Below, piece by piece: positions 11,622 to 24,772 of a DNA stretch of 64,000 nt. Within the stretch, counting starts at the first letter, position 1. Each line of letters starts with the position of its first letter. The DNA is from Vicugna vicugna. Taxonomy: Eukaryota. The notes under the pieces are model-generated. The model searched no databases. It was not told where the DNA came from and worked only from the letters and a program-made list of their open reading frames with translations. Both the position numbers and the translations under genes were made by a program. Location: assembly GCA_013265495.1 (NCBI GenBank), contig MU063123.1, positions 7,343,302-7,407,301 on the forward strand. Reading direction: 5' to 3'.

Positions 11622-13056
11622 CAACATGTTGCAAAGCTTCAACATTTTAATTAAAAATTCCACCACTGGTACTTTCCCAAGGTTCTAGATCAATTTCCAA
11701 ACTGTGGAAAAATATCTTGCGCTCCCCACCTCTTGCCACTGGCTCGCTGCCTCTTCCTCTGCTCTGGAGTGAAATCAGGTAATCCTCACACTTGGAGGGG
11801 AGCTCTCTTTGAACCTTTGGGGGGACCCTGGGACATAGTTGATGCTTTTTGCATGGGAGGCATTAAAATGCCAGACTCCAATTTTTTGTCTCCTGGTGAA
11901 GATATCTCTCCATTGAAGAGGCAGACGTCAATCCCTTTCAAAGGATTTTTGCAAGTGCAAATTATGGGAACCCAATAGAATTAGCCATATTTCTTTAAAT
12001 AAATCCCGTCATGGTCCTTCTGAAGAGGGCTGCGGTTCTCTAAGAAGCCGTAAATTCCGCCTTGAGGAAAGGGTGCACCAAAACCCTCTCCACCCTCATT
12101 CTCCAGCAAGTATCCTGTCGGGTGGGTGGGGCGGCTGTGGCAAAGGCATGGATTAGGTAATACCCCCCCACCCCGTTAGACTGCAGATGTGTGAACTAGT
12201 CTAAAACTTTTATTAGGGCTTTTATTAGACTCCGATGCAGTCCCAGCCTCTTCACGGTTGCCAACTTAGCCAGTTGCTCACAAGTTATAACAAATTAGGA
12301 ATACCTAACGCTTAAGCTATTCTTACACTTTTGGGGCAAAATCCCAAACAAATCATAGTCTTCCTGGTGCATCCACTCTCACTCTTAGAAATTGCACTTA
12401 CAGGCAGAATGACATGTGAGCCAGGGTTTCCTGATGGCTTTGTTAATGATGACGTGGTTCAGGTCGCTTAAGCACATAAAACCCAGGCTCCTTTGTCACT
12501 TTCTGCCTGGCCACAGAATGCCGTCTTTGATGGCTTTCCCAAGTCACTTTCCCCCCTCCCTCTTCTTTTTATTTCACATACACCTTAAGTGACCCTAATA
12601 CTTCTGTGAGTGCCAGATTGGCTTCTCCGAAGGTTGACTTTGACTTTTGATCCCCAGAATCAATATAATGATGCAGAAGAGCCCCATCTGCCTTCTGCTT
12701 GGGGGAAGAGATGAGGAAGAAGGGGACACCTCTTTTACCTAGGGACTCATGTCAGCCTGGTCTTTGGCTTCCAAGTTTTTATTACGCGCCAGTAAAATAA
12801 GCTTACCAGGCTGTCTAGTTTCTTTATCTGAGAAAGATATTAATCCCCCCTGTTTAGACTGACTTACACAGGAGGGGATGAGCACAAAGCAGAGGATGCC
12901 TTTTCTTGGTGTTAATGGTGTGCATTGACATGTATCTATTCACTAGTTCTCAAACTTTTTTCCTTTAAAGTTTCAGTCCAGGCACCAAAATGAGATTTCT
13001 TTGCACTCATAGCTGCACTGAAACACCAGTCCTTTGAGCAAATGAAATGACAAGAC

Positions 13057-13225
13057 ATGAAAATAATTTGTTGAATCACTATAATGTTATATTTAAACTT
13101 GTTGCAGATATCTTAATGCAATAAGTAAGGCAATGTTTCAGAAAATGAAAATGATTTGTTGAATCACTGTAACGTTATATTTAAACTTATCACAAATATC
13201 TCGATGCAACATGCAAGGCATATGT
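13057..13225. repeat. Diverged 88-bp tandem duplication (2 copies)
   Basis: Copies start at 13057 and 13145; about 12 mismatches over 76 aligned bases. Confidence 0.9.
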
Positions 13226-13419
13226 GTAAAGATGATCTACCTTATTCACAATGAATATTCAAAGATATTACTCAGTTTACTGTGCCTCATAGGTTTGCCT
13301 ATTTTTTGTCAGTTTCTGGTTGACTTCCTGCCACAATGGTTACTTCCTGTGGTAAAGGTTACACATCAGGGAATAGCTTAAGTGTTCTCTGAAAAATTAT
13401 GCAGATGTTAAATCATTTG

Positions 13420-13655
13420 CAGCTCAATCCCTTGATGTTAGAGATAAAATTGAGGCCCAGAAAGAAAAAACATGGTTTACCAGAAAAACCCGGGTGCAAT
13501 TCTGACTCTACCACATCCTAAGTATTTGGCCTCAGGCAAAACGTTTAGCCTCTCCAGCCTTTCCACTGTGAAAAGGAGGCAATGTTAACAAAGGTTTTGC
13601 TGATTAAGTAAATGGCATGTGAAGGGTCTGGCACAGAATAGGTGCTTGGCAAACC
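13420..13655. mobile_element. MIR fragments (minus then plus)
   Basis: gagataaaattgaggcccagaaag (minus) followed by a plus core and tail (tctggcacagaataggtgcttggcaaa). Confidence 0.6.
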
Positions 13656-14344
13656 ACTGGCTGCCTTCTCTTTTCCTAAAGTCTCATTGGGTGGTTAAAG
13701 GAATATTGGGGGCTGCAACCCAGGATTTCCACCTCTCAGTCCAGGGTTCTTTCCATTATACCATGTTGCTTACTGATGAGATCTGTTGGGAAACTCCTTG
13801 TCTAGTGAATGTGTTAGGGAGATGGTGTAAATGCAAGGTTGAGATGTATCACAAATCCTGACCACCGCGATGGCTGAAACTAAGCAACCACTAACTACAG
13901 GAGGGGGATTCTTCATAACAAAGAGGAGCTGTTGGTACTTTTGGGATGCACAGCTGTGAAGTTCCAGAACTACACCACACACAATGTGACAATGTGACAG
14001 CTGTGATCAAGCAATAACCATCTCTCCCTTGTCTCCTTCCAGCCCCGAGCTTGCCTTCCCTAAATAGATTTTGTGTAGCTTTTCATTTGAATGCATTCAT
14101 TATGCTCTTAGAAATTGACAGTTAATTGAATAAACTCTGAATTCTCCTGGAGAGTTATTCTGAAATTATTTCTTCATTTGTCATTCACTTCTTCCTCAAA
14201 AAATGTTCTGAGCCTTAGTGTATGCTTAGCACTTGCAAAGCCCAAGGAAAGCTACAAAGAAGTGTAATACGCAGCCCTTTAAGTATCTTACAAGTTTGGG
14301 GATTGTTAACATACTTGAAAACTTAAATAATAAGCCACAACAAA

Positions 14345-14905
14345 TAGTCATTCATTCCTTCATTCATTCAATATGTATTTATTTAGAGAGAATGCTGACC
14401 ATGCATAAGGCTTTGGAGCAGGTAAATGTAGCCAAGAAAGATGGATAAGATTTGCTTCTAAGTAGCATGCAGTTAGACAAGCAACTGACATTAGATTGTT
14501 AATATAATACACTTTAATACCGAGTTTGTAAGATATATTAGGTAAATTATGCAAATTATGGTGAGAAGATAAGTAGATCTTTTGCATTTGGCAAACCCTC
14601 TGTAATTCAGTCAATGAATTAACCCCAGACTGGAGTCTCGGTGCAGTGTGTGAGAGGCTTCTTTGGAGGAATGATGCGTAGAGGGTGAATAAGAATTAAC
14701 CAGATTAAGAGAGTGGAAATGCATGCACAGAAGTCCAGAGAAAGGCAGGACTGTGGTAAGTAGAAGGGACTGAAAGAAAGCGGTGCAGTTAAAACAAGAG
14801 GAAGCCTGGGGGAAGGTGAGCCTAGAGGGTGGGTAGAGGTCTGTCCGGCGAGATAGTGAAGGACTTGTGGGTCTTATGAAAGATCACTGTCTTTGTTCTA
14901 AGATC
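14345..14905 (-). mobile_element. LINE-2 fragments
   Basis: (TTCA)n-type tail at about 14350 and purine-rich L2 body at 14660-14905. Confidence 0.55.
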
Positions 14906-15084
14906 TTTAGAGATCGTGTGAAATTATAACAGAATCATAGTCTAGAGGGAACCTTGGTTTATCTAGTGCAAACCTTGACTTTCTTCCTGTCACTGTGTCT
15001 CTAAGAAGTGAACCTCTGGGCTATGCTGGGGCAAACAAATTTAGGGATGCAGAACTCAACATCCTAAGACTAATTACAACATCT

Positions 15085-15340
15085 TTTTTTTTCCCTCTTT
15101 TATTTCCGAATTAGCCATTTTACAGTGAACAATTCTGTGGCACTTAGAACAGTCACAATGCTGTGCAACCACCACCACTGTCTAGTTCCAAGATATCTCC
15201 ATCACTCTGAAAGAAAACTCTCCAGTCATTCAGTAATTTTGCCCCATTTCTTCTCTCCCCAGCTCCTGGCAGCAACCAATCTGCATTTTGTCTTTATGGA
15301 TTTATATATTCTGAATATTTCGTATAAACAGAATCATACA
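15085..15340 (-). mobile_element. L1MB-type 3' end
   Basis: T-tail, then tacagtgaacaattctgtggcacttagaacagtcacaatgctgtgcaaccaccaccact...gcaaccaatctgcattttgtctttatggattt. Confidence 0.8.
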
Positions 15341-16101
15341 ACAGGCTCTGCAACCGGCTTCTTTCCCTTGTGTGTGTTATACTCCAGCCCTTCCTATAAC
15401 TGTATAATGTTCCATACTAATTCCACATTTGAATAACTTGTTAAAATGTATTTTTATATGAATTTTAAATAAAACTCCTTGTTCTTCCATTGACTGGCCT
15501 AGTTTTCTCACACTTTCAGATGAAGGCACAGGAAAGCATTTGTCTAAGGAGGTGATTTGTGCACCAATATAATGTGAAATGGGCTCCACTTTGTAAACTT
15601 ATAATCACGTATGTCTTCTACATCCCAGGTATCAGCCTATCCCAAGGGAGGCTTTCCTCTTGTGCTTCTAGGAAACTGGAGGATCATCTTAGTCCTTTCC
15701 CAAGTTCATCTCCTTGGCAGCTGACTCTCAGTAGTCTCTGTCCAGGGTCACCATGGGCCACTGCTTGCTTCGCTGTTCTTCTACCCCCAGATGGGACCAC
15801 GGTCTGTGATGAGGTGCACGTATCCTCTGCAGCACAGAAGCCAGTGAAAGCCAGGATTCCATAACAAGCCTAAGATGTTAGCTCGTTCTTCTTCCCTGAT
15901 ATATGCTTTTGCTTTCCATCCCTTGAGAAATCCTGTATCTTGAAATTTTCTCAGTATCAATTTCTCCATCTCCTTTCCATGGGGGAAAAATTCACTTCTG
16001 AATTTGGTCTTGTGCTAGAAAACTTTTTTCCCCTCACCAATCCCCCCAGTACAATCCAGAGGACCCAATAACCCAGAGGAAAATGTGTTTCAAAGTCTGA
16101 G

Positions 16102-16489
16102 CTGGAGGGCATTATGCTAAGTGAAGTAAGTCAGACAGAGAAAGACAAATACTGTATGATACCACTTATATGTGGAATCTAAAAAATGCAACAAATTAGT
16201 GAATATAAAAAAAGAAGCAGACTCACAGATGTAGAAAACAAACTAGTGGTTACCAGTTGGGAGAGGAAAGGGAGGAGGGGCATTATAGGGGTAGGGGATT
16301 AAGAGATACAACTATTAGGTATAAAATAAGCTACAAGGATATATTGTTCAAAGTGGGGAATATAGTCAATATTTTATAATTACTATAAATGGAGTACAAC
16401 CTTTAAAAATTGTGAATCACTGTATTATACACCTGTAACTTATACGATATTATACAACTCTATTTTAATTAAAAAAATAGGAAAAAACC
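16102..16489 (+). mobile_element. L1 3' end (L1MA/artiodactyl-type), 5'-truncated
   Basis: ctaagtgaagtaagtcagacagagaaagacaaatac...tggttaccag...A-rich tail; imperfect TSD caaagtctgag (16091-16101) / caaattctgag (16490-16500). Confidence 0.9.
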
Positions 16490-16539
16490 CAAATTCTGAG
16501 ACATTCCATTTTGAGTAACACCAGCAGTGGGTGGTGTGG

Positions 16540-16705
16540 GTGTGCCTATATATACTTACATATGTATTTATTATATATAATATTTATGTGTGTATGTCTT
16601 ATATGTGCATTATATATATCAAATTCTGTCTCTTGAGTAATATATGTATTATTCTCTATCTTGCATATCGTATATACACACATATCTCATATACACATAT
16701 CCTGT
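16540..16705. repeat. TA-rich low-complexity tract
   Basis: Degenerate (TA)/(TG) alternation. Confidence 0.8.
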
Positions 16706-18534
16706 AGGTGTTACTACTGCTAAACTGACCAGTACTTATTTCTGTGGATGGGGACTGAGGATTGAGGTGGAAGAAAACGAATGTTTTTTTGGTCTAAAAT
16801 TTTTCCAACTTCCTATTTACTAATTAACTAAAATAAGTGCCTGCCAGTCTTAGTCTCCGTGGTCCTTTTTGAGACCTGACCCAGAAGGTCCTTCCCCATC
16901 CAGTATATTTGGTTTAAGTCAGTGAGAACATTTGCCATTGACTTGTCTCTTTGGTCCTCTCTCTCTCTCCAATAAGATTTTACTGGTTCAGACACCACAC
17001 TCTCCAATCTGCTATCATGATATTCTTGCTGCATTTGATTCTCTTAGGACACTGTGATAATTGTCTCTGAGAAGCCCTAGTGATGTGATGATCCTCATGT
17101 TAGAAGTAACATGCTAATATCATGTTTGCATGGGTTACCTTCAACAAATGAGCCAGTTTCCTAGTAGAACTTAAAGAAAATGGTACTCAGAGGACTAAGC
17201 TTCATGGAGGGGAGGTATGACAAGATTCCGCAGGCAATGTGGAGACTCCTGAGTCTTGGTGTGACATTGGTGCAGGAGAGAGAGTAGGTACTGCGAGTGG
17301 ACTTCAAACTAAGGAGGTTACTTAAGTTTAACTTTATTTACTTTTGGGTTGGGTGTGCTTGGGTATGTGTACGTAAATTGTAAAAACATAACGCTTATTT
17401 AGAGTCTTGTTTAAACAGAAAAAAAGAGGACAGAACATTAGCTCATTTGCAGTGGAAAAAAACAAAATTGTCAGTGAGAGACTGGTTATTCCATCTAGAT
17501 TTTCCTAGCTTCAAATATAATGAAAGAAAAACAGACCAACTAATACTACGTTTATTTGGATAGGTGAGCTCAGTGATCAGATGTCAGATCTCCAAAGTTA
17601 TCATTCAGCCTAGAAACCCAATTTAATTATCTGCAGTTAATTCTCCTACTTTGTTTTGGAAAAAGATGGCTATATTAGTTTTACTTAGAGTCCCCGTTGA
17701 AAATATAAGTTTTCCTTCTGCTGGTGGTTCAAGAGTCACTTTTCTACCACTGCTGTCTTTTTTGATGTTTTCCATGCAGATAACCAAAATGTCAAATAAA
17801 GATGTAATTAAAAATAATTAGCCATTGCAAGAGTTTAAAATATTTTTTTTCAATCTTAATTTAAACTCAACTTTGAAGACCAAATTGACGTTTTGGAAAA
17901 ATCTACATCCTTTGAGAGAAATAAATTCATAAAGTGGTCTAATGTGTACAATATAAAGGAAAAAAGAAAAAAATCACTGAGTCTCTAAAATAATATTAGC
18001 TTTTATGTCAATTTTTCTTTAACATCAATCTCTTTTTTGACTGTTTTATTGAAAATTCTACAGACAGTAGCTTATTTTTCCACCAACCTAAGCACCTGAG
18101 ACTTTTGGCTGATGGATATAAGACCAATAAAATTGCCTATAAAATGTAACTTTGTATCATAACTTACACAATGTTTGTAGAATATACTCCAACGGTAACT
18201 TTTTCCGAAAAACAAATATCTCAGTGTTTGTGTATAATCATTATATCACAACAAAAAACAAAAACTATTAATCTCATTTTGAATAATGTTAACACTTGCT
18301 CCAGCATCATTGTATTCTGATGTTTTGTACCTACTAATTGATAAATCTAAACAGAGGGAGCACTGATCTCACTTAGCATAAAATTTTTCTGAGCCTAACG
18401 TGAAGGAAATAAAGTGATATTTTACTGCAACATGTTTTATTAGCTTGACTTTCGAATGCTATGGTAAAATTGTGTCCCTGGCTCTCTTGTACACCCTGAA
18501 TTAATATGGTCACCCAGTGTGGCTGGTATTATTT

Positions 18535-19027
18535 TGTATATTAGTCAGGGTTCTCCAGAGAAACAAAACAAATGGTGGGGCGGGTTATTAAAGGAAACAA
18601 GAATTGGCCCACATGGTTATGGAAGCCAAGAAGTCCCCAGATTTGTCACCTACAAGCTGGAGACCCAGGAAAGCTGGTGGTGTAATTCATTCAAATCATC
18701 AGCCTGGGAGCCAGGGGAGCCAGTAGTGTAAGTCTTGATCCAAGTCCAAAGACCCAGGAACGCCAGTGTCCTGGGCAGGAGAAGATGAAAGTCCCAGCTT
18801 AAGCAGAGAGAGGGAATCCCCCTTTCTTCTGCCTTTTTCGTTCAGGCCTTCAGCAGATTGGCTGATGCCCACCTGTGCTGGTGATGGTGACCGTCTTAAC
18901 TCAGTCTATTGATTGAGATGCTAATCTCTTCCAGAAACACTCACAGACACACTCAGAAATAACATTTTAGCGGTTGTCTGGACATCCCTTAGCCCAATCT
19001 AGTTGACACATAAAATTAACCATCACG
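18535..19027 (-). mobile_element. ERVL solo LTR, MLT2B-like
   Basis: Termini tgtatattagtcagggttctccagagaaac and gttgacacataaaattaaccatcac match the MLT2 ends. Confidence 0.88.
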
Positions 19028-19039
19028 TCTTGTAATTAG

Positions 19040-19430
19040 CACACTGCACACTCCCCCTTCAGGGTCTTGGCCGGAAGTAGTGTTTCTTCAGATATCCGTT
19101 TGGCTTACTCCTTACCTCCTTTGAATTCTTCAGTATCGCCTTCATGATACCTATGATCATCCCATTTAAAAGGCCACTCTACCCATTCATCATCTTCTAT
19201 CTCTTTTAGTCTGTCATTTTTCTCTACAGCACTTATCACTTTCAAAAAGCTATGTAATCCAATTATTTATTATGTCTGTCTCCTCACAGCAGATTATAAA
19301 ATTCATGATAAGAAGGATTTTTTTTCCTTTTTTTTCACTACTGTATTCCCAATGCTTATAATCATGTACATGGCAGGGACACAATAAATATTGTTGTATG
19401 AATGAATAAATACATAGATGAATGAATGGA
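19040..19430 (+). mobile_element. LINE-2 (L2a-like) 3' end
   Basis: tttctctacagcacttatcac...tgtctgtctcc...caataaatattgttgtatgaatgaat tail. Confidence 0.75.
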
Positions 19431-21064
19431 TGTAGGTTACTTTCTCCACACATTGGTTGTATTCATTAGTTAATTCCTTAAAAGATTTTTAAAAGGAATT
19501 TTAGCATTTTATAAAAATAATAGACCTACAACGACTGCCATTTATACTGATGACAGTGAACATCATGATAATTTAAAGAAAAACTCCAAAGAGATGGAGC
19601 CAGTAATGGAGCAAGGCAAATTTGCTGAAGATCATAGAATTCTTCTCAACCATAAAAAAATCAATAACTGTAGTGTTATTCTGCCAAGTATGACAGAACC
19701 AGAGCTGTAGATATTTGACTCCGTCAGCACAAGAAAAGAAATGGATGTGGAGACTCAAAAAAAAAAAGTCTTGGTGAAAATGTGATTTGTTACTTATCTA
19801 CCAATATCACCCGCTGGGATGTCTTACCCCTGAATTTTCTAAGTCACACACTGATGTGTGTTTTGGGCACTGGTCTCCTTCTACTGTAATGGACACCAGG
19901 TAGAAGGCATAGCATTTTGCCATGTGGCTTTCTAATTGATCAGAGACTTGAAGGAGAAAATGGAATGTGGGCCCCAAAGGAGACGGAGTTGATGCTTGCT
20001 CTTCTCTTTCCCTTTCTCACTTCTGCACCAATTTCTCCCTCTACCCAGTTCTACTTATTCTATGGCTCCGCTCCATGTTTGAGTCTAAAAGGGAAAACAT
20101 AATATTGTCTTTGCAGTTTTAATGAGTGTGGTTTTTTGTCCTTGCTAAAGATGGATATTTATTGAGGAAGAAAAAAGCTGAAGTAGGGATTTGGAAAAAA
20201 AAATATTACCAATGGCAAAAGAAATTAAGCAGTGGAAATGATGACTACAGGAGGGGGAATGTAGAAACTCAACTTTTACAGATATCGCATCCTACCTGCC
20301 AGCCCTAAACCATTGTTTAGTTCTCTTATATTAGATTTTCAAATAAGCATCTGGAATATGTTCAGGAGAAAAAAAATTATTTTGCAGTCCTATCACTGCC
20401 ATGTGTCAGAATGCTGTTCATGTTGCAAAACCCACATTGCAATACCCTCAACAATTTCTCCACCAGAAAAAGTGGTACTTGGTGTGTGTTCAGCAAACAT
20501 TTTGTTTACCTTAGACCAAATATCAGTAACCAAAGATACTATAAAAGACATGGGAAAGAGGAGTAGGTACTGGATTTCACTGAAATATTTAGTATTAAAA
20601 ATGCAAACTTTTCTGTTTAATTCTGAGGACTGAGACCTCTGAAATAAGATTCATGCTGTGCCTGTTTTAGATTTGGGGGCTGTCTACATACTTAGATATC
20701 TTCTCCCCTCTTTTTTTCACCAGCACCCCCTCTACCCACCTTTAATTCCACATCTTCCATGTTACAAGACATTTATACTAAAACAATGAATATAATTTGA
20801 CTAGTTTTAAGTTTTAAATGCATTTGTTGGTTTCCCTGATAATAAAAGAAATGGGAGCTCTTTACACACTACTCAGAGTTCAATACAAGTCATCCCATTA
20901 CTTAACAAGTTTGGAGTAAACACAGTGCATTCCACAAGAAACAGGAAGAGATGGGTAAGGGGCCCAGAGAATTCTCTGGCTCTCTCGGGCTCCCACTGTC
21001 TCTGTATAAGATAGTTTTACACTTATTATTTCATTTTACCTTTTCTGTATTAATAAAACCATTT

Positions 21065-21195
21065 TGTTATTAATTCCCTTTTATAGTGTAGGAGTGGAGT
21101 TGGAGAAGCTAAATAATTGACACAGACCAGTAGTTAATACAAGGAGGAGATGGAATTCAGACTCAAGTCTATCTGACTTCAAGGTCAATGTCCAT
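21065..21195 (-). mobile_element. MIR fragment
   Basis: ggaattcagactcaagtctatctgacttcaag, reverse MIR motif. Confidence 0.55.
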
Positions 21196-21329
21196 TCAGA
21201 AAAGGGAGCCCCTAAATGATGCGGCAGTCAGGGAAGCAAGGGCATGCTTGTCTCGATGGCCTATCACAAGGGAAAAGACGTCCAGTGGTTTATTTTTACA
21301 ACTCCAGATTTCACCTCTTTCACTGCCAA

Positions 21330-21570
21330 CTTACCTTGCCAGTTGCTACCAGCTCAAATACCACTTCCTGCTCTCTCCCTGATTGCACATTTCTGCTGTG
21401 CTGGTTTTATTATGCTTTGTGTGAAAGTTACTTGCTTAGCTGGTTTTTCCCTCAAGACATGATGTGGGCATCAAGGGAAGGATGTCATCTTGCTTAGGTC
21501 TCATTCCCTTCAGGACAGAGCTTGGTTCTGCACACATAATTGGTGCACAATACACATTAAAAATGAAAGA
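21330..21570 (+). mobile_element. LINE-2 3' fragment
   Basis: cagctcaaataccacttcc...caagggaaggatgtcatcttgc...gcacacataattggtgcacaat. Confidence 0.5.
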
Positions 21571-22356
21571 GCAGCTCTGAGTGACCGTGAAGAGCCAGGG
21601 CTGTAGAATCTCTTAAGTCCTGTGACATCTGTATTAGCATAAAAGATAGAAGAAATCATTTTCTTGGCATTGCAGTTTGGTCTACTCCAGCCAAACATAG
21701 AAAGCTGTCATGTGAATATTTTTGAACCTCAAAAACAATTTTGGTTTAAGTTTGGGTGGGGGAGGAGGGGCATGGTGGCTCCTATTTCTCCCACACCAGT
21801 CCACCCAACTCTTATTAGAACATGTAATTCCAACAATGCTGACTGTCTTAAATTTTGTGAACAGAGTGTACTCTGGACACTGTTTGGTACACACATTGAC
21901 TCTTTAAGAAGAGTACTTATAACTTATAATTAAATTAAAGGACCAGCAGCTGCTAAAAAAAAAAAGGTATAACCTAGAGGCCATGTTTATTTGTTTCTCA
22001 GGCAAGAGGCAGTCATGTCAGAACTACTATTGCTATGAGTCCAAATGTTTCCAATGAAGCCTTTGCACGAATCATTTGCTGAACACTAGTCATTCAGTCA
22101 TGCCACTTGATTTCAGCCCACTATTTCCTCTTTAAACTGGCAAAAACAACTCTACAAAGGAAAACATGTCATATTAAAAGTCATAGGATTTTGCTTTGTA
22201 AACCATAGACCTGGACTCAATGACCAGTACTGGGGATGCTGCCTCTGGTTCTAACAGTCTGGGAAGACAACAATGATTACTTAAGCCTATGAAAGCAGAA
22301 AGTGTATATTCTCTTTCCTTTGTTTCTTCGATAGATTATTTTAATATATGGTAGCT

Positions 22357-22470
22357 AGAGGGCCAACTCTCCTGGTTTGCCTAGAACTGTTCTAGTTTTA
22401 GCACTGGTATTGTCACATCTGTCATGGGAAATCCCCCAGTTCCGGTCAAACTGGAACATTTGGTCACCCC
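22357..22470. mobile_element. MER94-like hAT-Blackjack MITE
   Basis: Imperfect TIRs (gagggccaactctcctggtttgcc / ggtcaaactggaacatttggtcaccc) around gttttagcactg. Confidence 0.75.
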
Positions 22471-23794
22471 AGCATTAGGCGACTTATCAATGGTCTTAAC
22501 CAAGAGACTCACATCCTGGGACCAGTTTATGATCTAGAAGGTTTGGGACCATGGTGCTCAAATCACAATTCAGTGATTAAGTCACAGTGAACTTACGCTA
22601 AAAAGTAGTCATGGAATCCCCAGTGGGTCCATAAACATCCTTTACTCCAGAGCTTCCAATGTTGTACGCCCAGTGGTAAGTGTTGACACACTGGTGTGTT
22701 ACTGATGAATTCCAGATGAACCAAGCTATTGGTTTCCTCAGCTTTTGGTTTGACTGGGCAGCCCCCAGTTGTTTTCCTCTGGTCATGAGCTGTCTTATCT
22801 CTTCGGCCCACTGAGCTCTACAGAATAATACCGTTTTCTATGTGTGCCATAATGAGAAAAAAAAAATCACAAAGAAATGTTTAAATCTAATCCATTCATT
22901 TTATAAATGAAGCCTAACTTTGATCATTTCTATGAAATGCAGGCTTATACCAAGGCGGAGGCAAAACTGTGTTCAATTTGTCTTGTGTTCATCTGTCTTC
23001 AAGGTGACACAGATCACTGCCTGGGAGAGCTGATGTTTATGTAGTGAGTGGTAAGTGACAGAACTCAGCAAGCCAAATGGACTCTGCTGCAGTCTACTGA
23101 CTTACATCAGAGGTACATGACTAGCTAGGTGAAGAAAAGAAAGACATTTATCTGGAGAATATCAATAGAAAGTTCTATATTGCTTCACATAGCTCTGTTT
23201 TCAGTAAAACAGAGATAACTTTCAGTTTGAGTTGCTCATCTAATGCTTCAGTTCCACACTTGACTCTGTACAAATGCAAAGTTATAATTTAAAAAATGAA
23301 AATGTTCTTGAATCTAGGCAGCTAAGTAAGAATTATATACCTAAAAATCCAAGTTTCCGAGACAACAGGCATTTGCACCTTTACTGATTTATTCTGTAAA
23401 GATTAGTTCAGGTTTCAAATAGAGACAGGATTCAGGGAGAAAGGCAATATGCTTGTGAAAGTCTATGGCCGCAAAGGTACTAGAATTTCAAATTCCCAGA
23501 TCCCTTGATACTCCTCACAGGCAGTGAGTGGAGAGGGATAGAAATTGTGTATAAAGTTGGGCCTTTACAGATCAGAACTTTACGTTGTGCCAAACTCAGA
23601 TCCTGCCCAACTTCTGGCTCTTCGATTGCTTAATACATTAGTGGACTTTTTCCAGTTCCCAGTGGTTGGAGTTCCACATCACACAGTCCCTGTCCCATCT
23701 GGTGCTAATTGGCACCCTTGTTGGTAGTTTCCAAAAGCAGAACAGGAAAAATAAAAAGTACTATCTTTCTATCCTTAGAAGCTAGAAGCTTAGT

Positions 23795-23990
23795 ACAGGC
23801 AGTCCTCTTTAAAAGAGCTGTGTACTAAAATACTGTACGTAAATCAGTTGTTTAGAATCCAGAACAAATTTTTCTAATAAAATAAAGTCATGCCTCATGA
23901 TTAGCTCCCCAGGTCATCCCAGTTCACAAAAATCTGTCTGACCCATAATGTATCCAATAAACAGTGCTTATTTTGACAGCATACAGCCAT
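23795..23990. mobile_element. Possible TcMar-Tigger MITE fragment
   Basis: Begins TA+caggcagtcctc, a Tigger-type terminus; partner terminus not found. Confidence 0.35.
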
Positions 23991-24049
23991 CATGGATGAA
24001 CCAAGAAGTAGAAAGGTTGATGAAACAAACACCACCTTTTGTCACAGAA

Positions 24050-24230
24050 AGCCAGGCTGTACTCCCACCATTTCTGTGACCTTGGATAATTCCCAGAAAT
24101 CTTCTCAGGCCTAATGTTCTTTAACTGAATACGGGGAGGAGGGCAGGTAATAAAAGTTGCTTTTTGTCCTTCACTGGGTAATTATTGCAAGGATCAAATA
24201 AGATAATATATATGAAACCATTTAAAAATG
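24050..24230 (+). mobile_element. MIR SINE
   Basis: ctgtgaccttggataatt...aggatcaaataagataatatatatgaaac. Confidence 0.6.
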
Positions 24231-24737
24231 ACTTCATTTTCCCCTGAAATAACAGAACCACAGGTTTCCCTTCTATCTCCTTTCTAAACCTTGTCAGTTG
24301 TAAGAGTGAGGGGCTGTTGCCTATTCAAGTTTCTGTACGTGGTCCCCATCTGGAGGGAAGGGGTTGGGAGACTGGAAGGCAATGAAGAAGTCGGAACAGA
24401 GGCCCTGACAGATGAGGCAAGAGGCTGGCTGCTTAGTATGGGGGACCGTCTATCCTACATGAATCTTCAAAGATTATTTCTCGGTCCAGGCTTCTCTCAG
24501 TCACCCCTGTGTTTTCTTCCTAGGATCCTATGGATTGGCCTACTGGTTTCATTGTCAACACCTGTTGCTTTTGCACAGCACATCTTTATTCTCAATTTTA
24601 TCATCCTTATTTATTTAATATCCTTCTTAAGGTTTCATAATGAATTTGATTACTTCATCATAAAAGAAGGGAAGTAAAAAATCAGAAGACTCACATCCCT
24701 ATTCTTTCTTTCTATCAACCAATCTATCAGTCTCTAC

Positions 24738-24772
24738 CTATCTATCCATCTATCCATCCATCCATCCATCTA
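24738..24772. repeat. (ATCT)/(ATCC)n microsatellite
   Basis: ctatctatccatctatccatccatccatccatcta. Confidence 0.9.

Noticed and set aside
17840-17990. Open frame FKLNFEDQIDVLEKSTSFERNKFIKWSNVYNIKEKRKK in AT-rich DNA
   Set aside because: About 40 codons, no start or splice support and no family recognised
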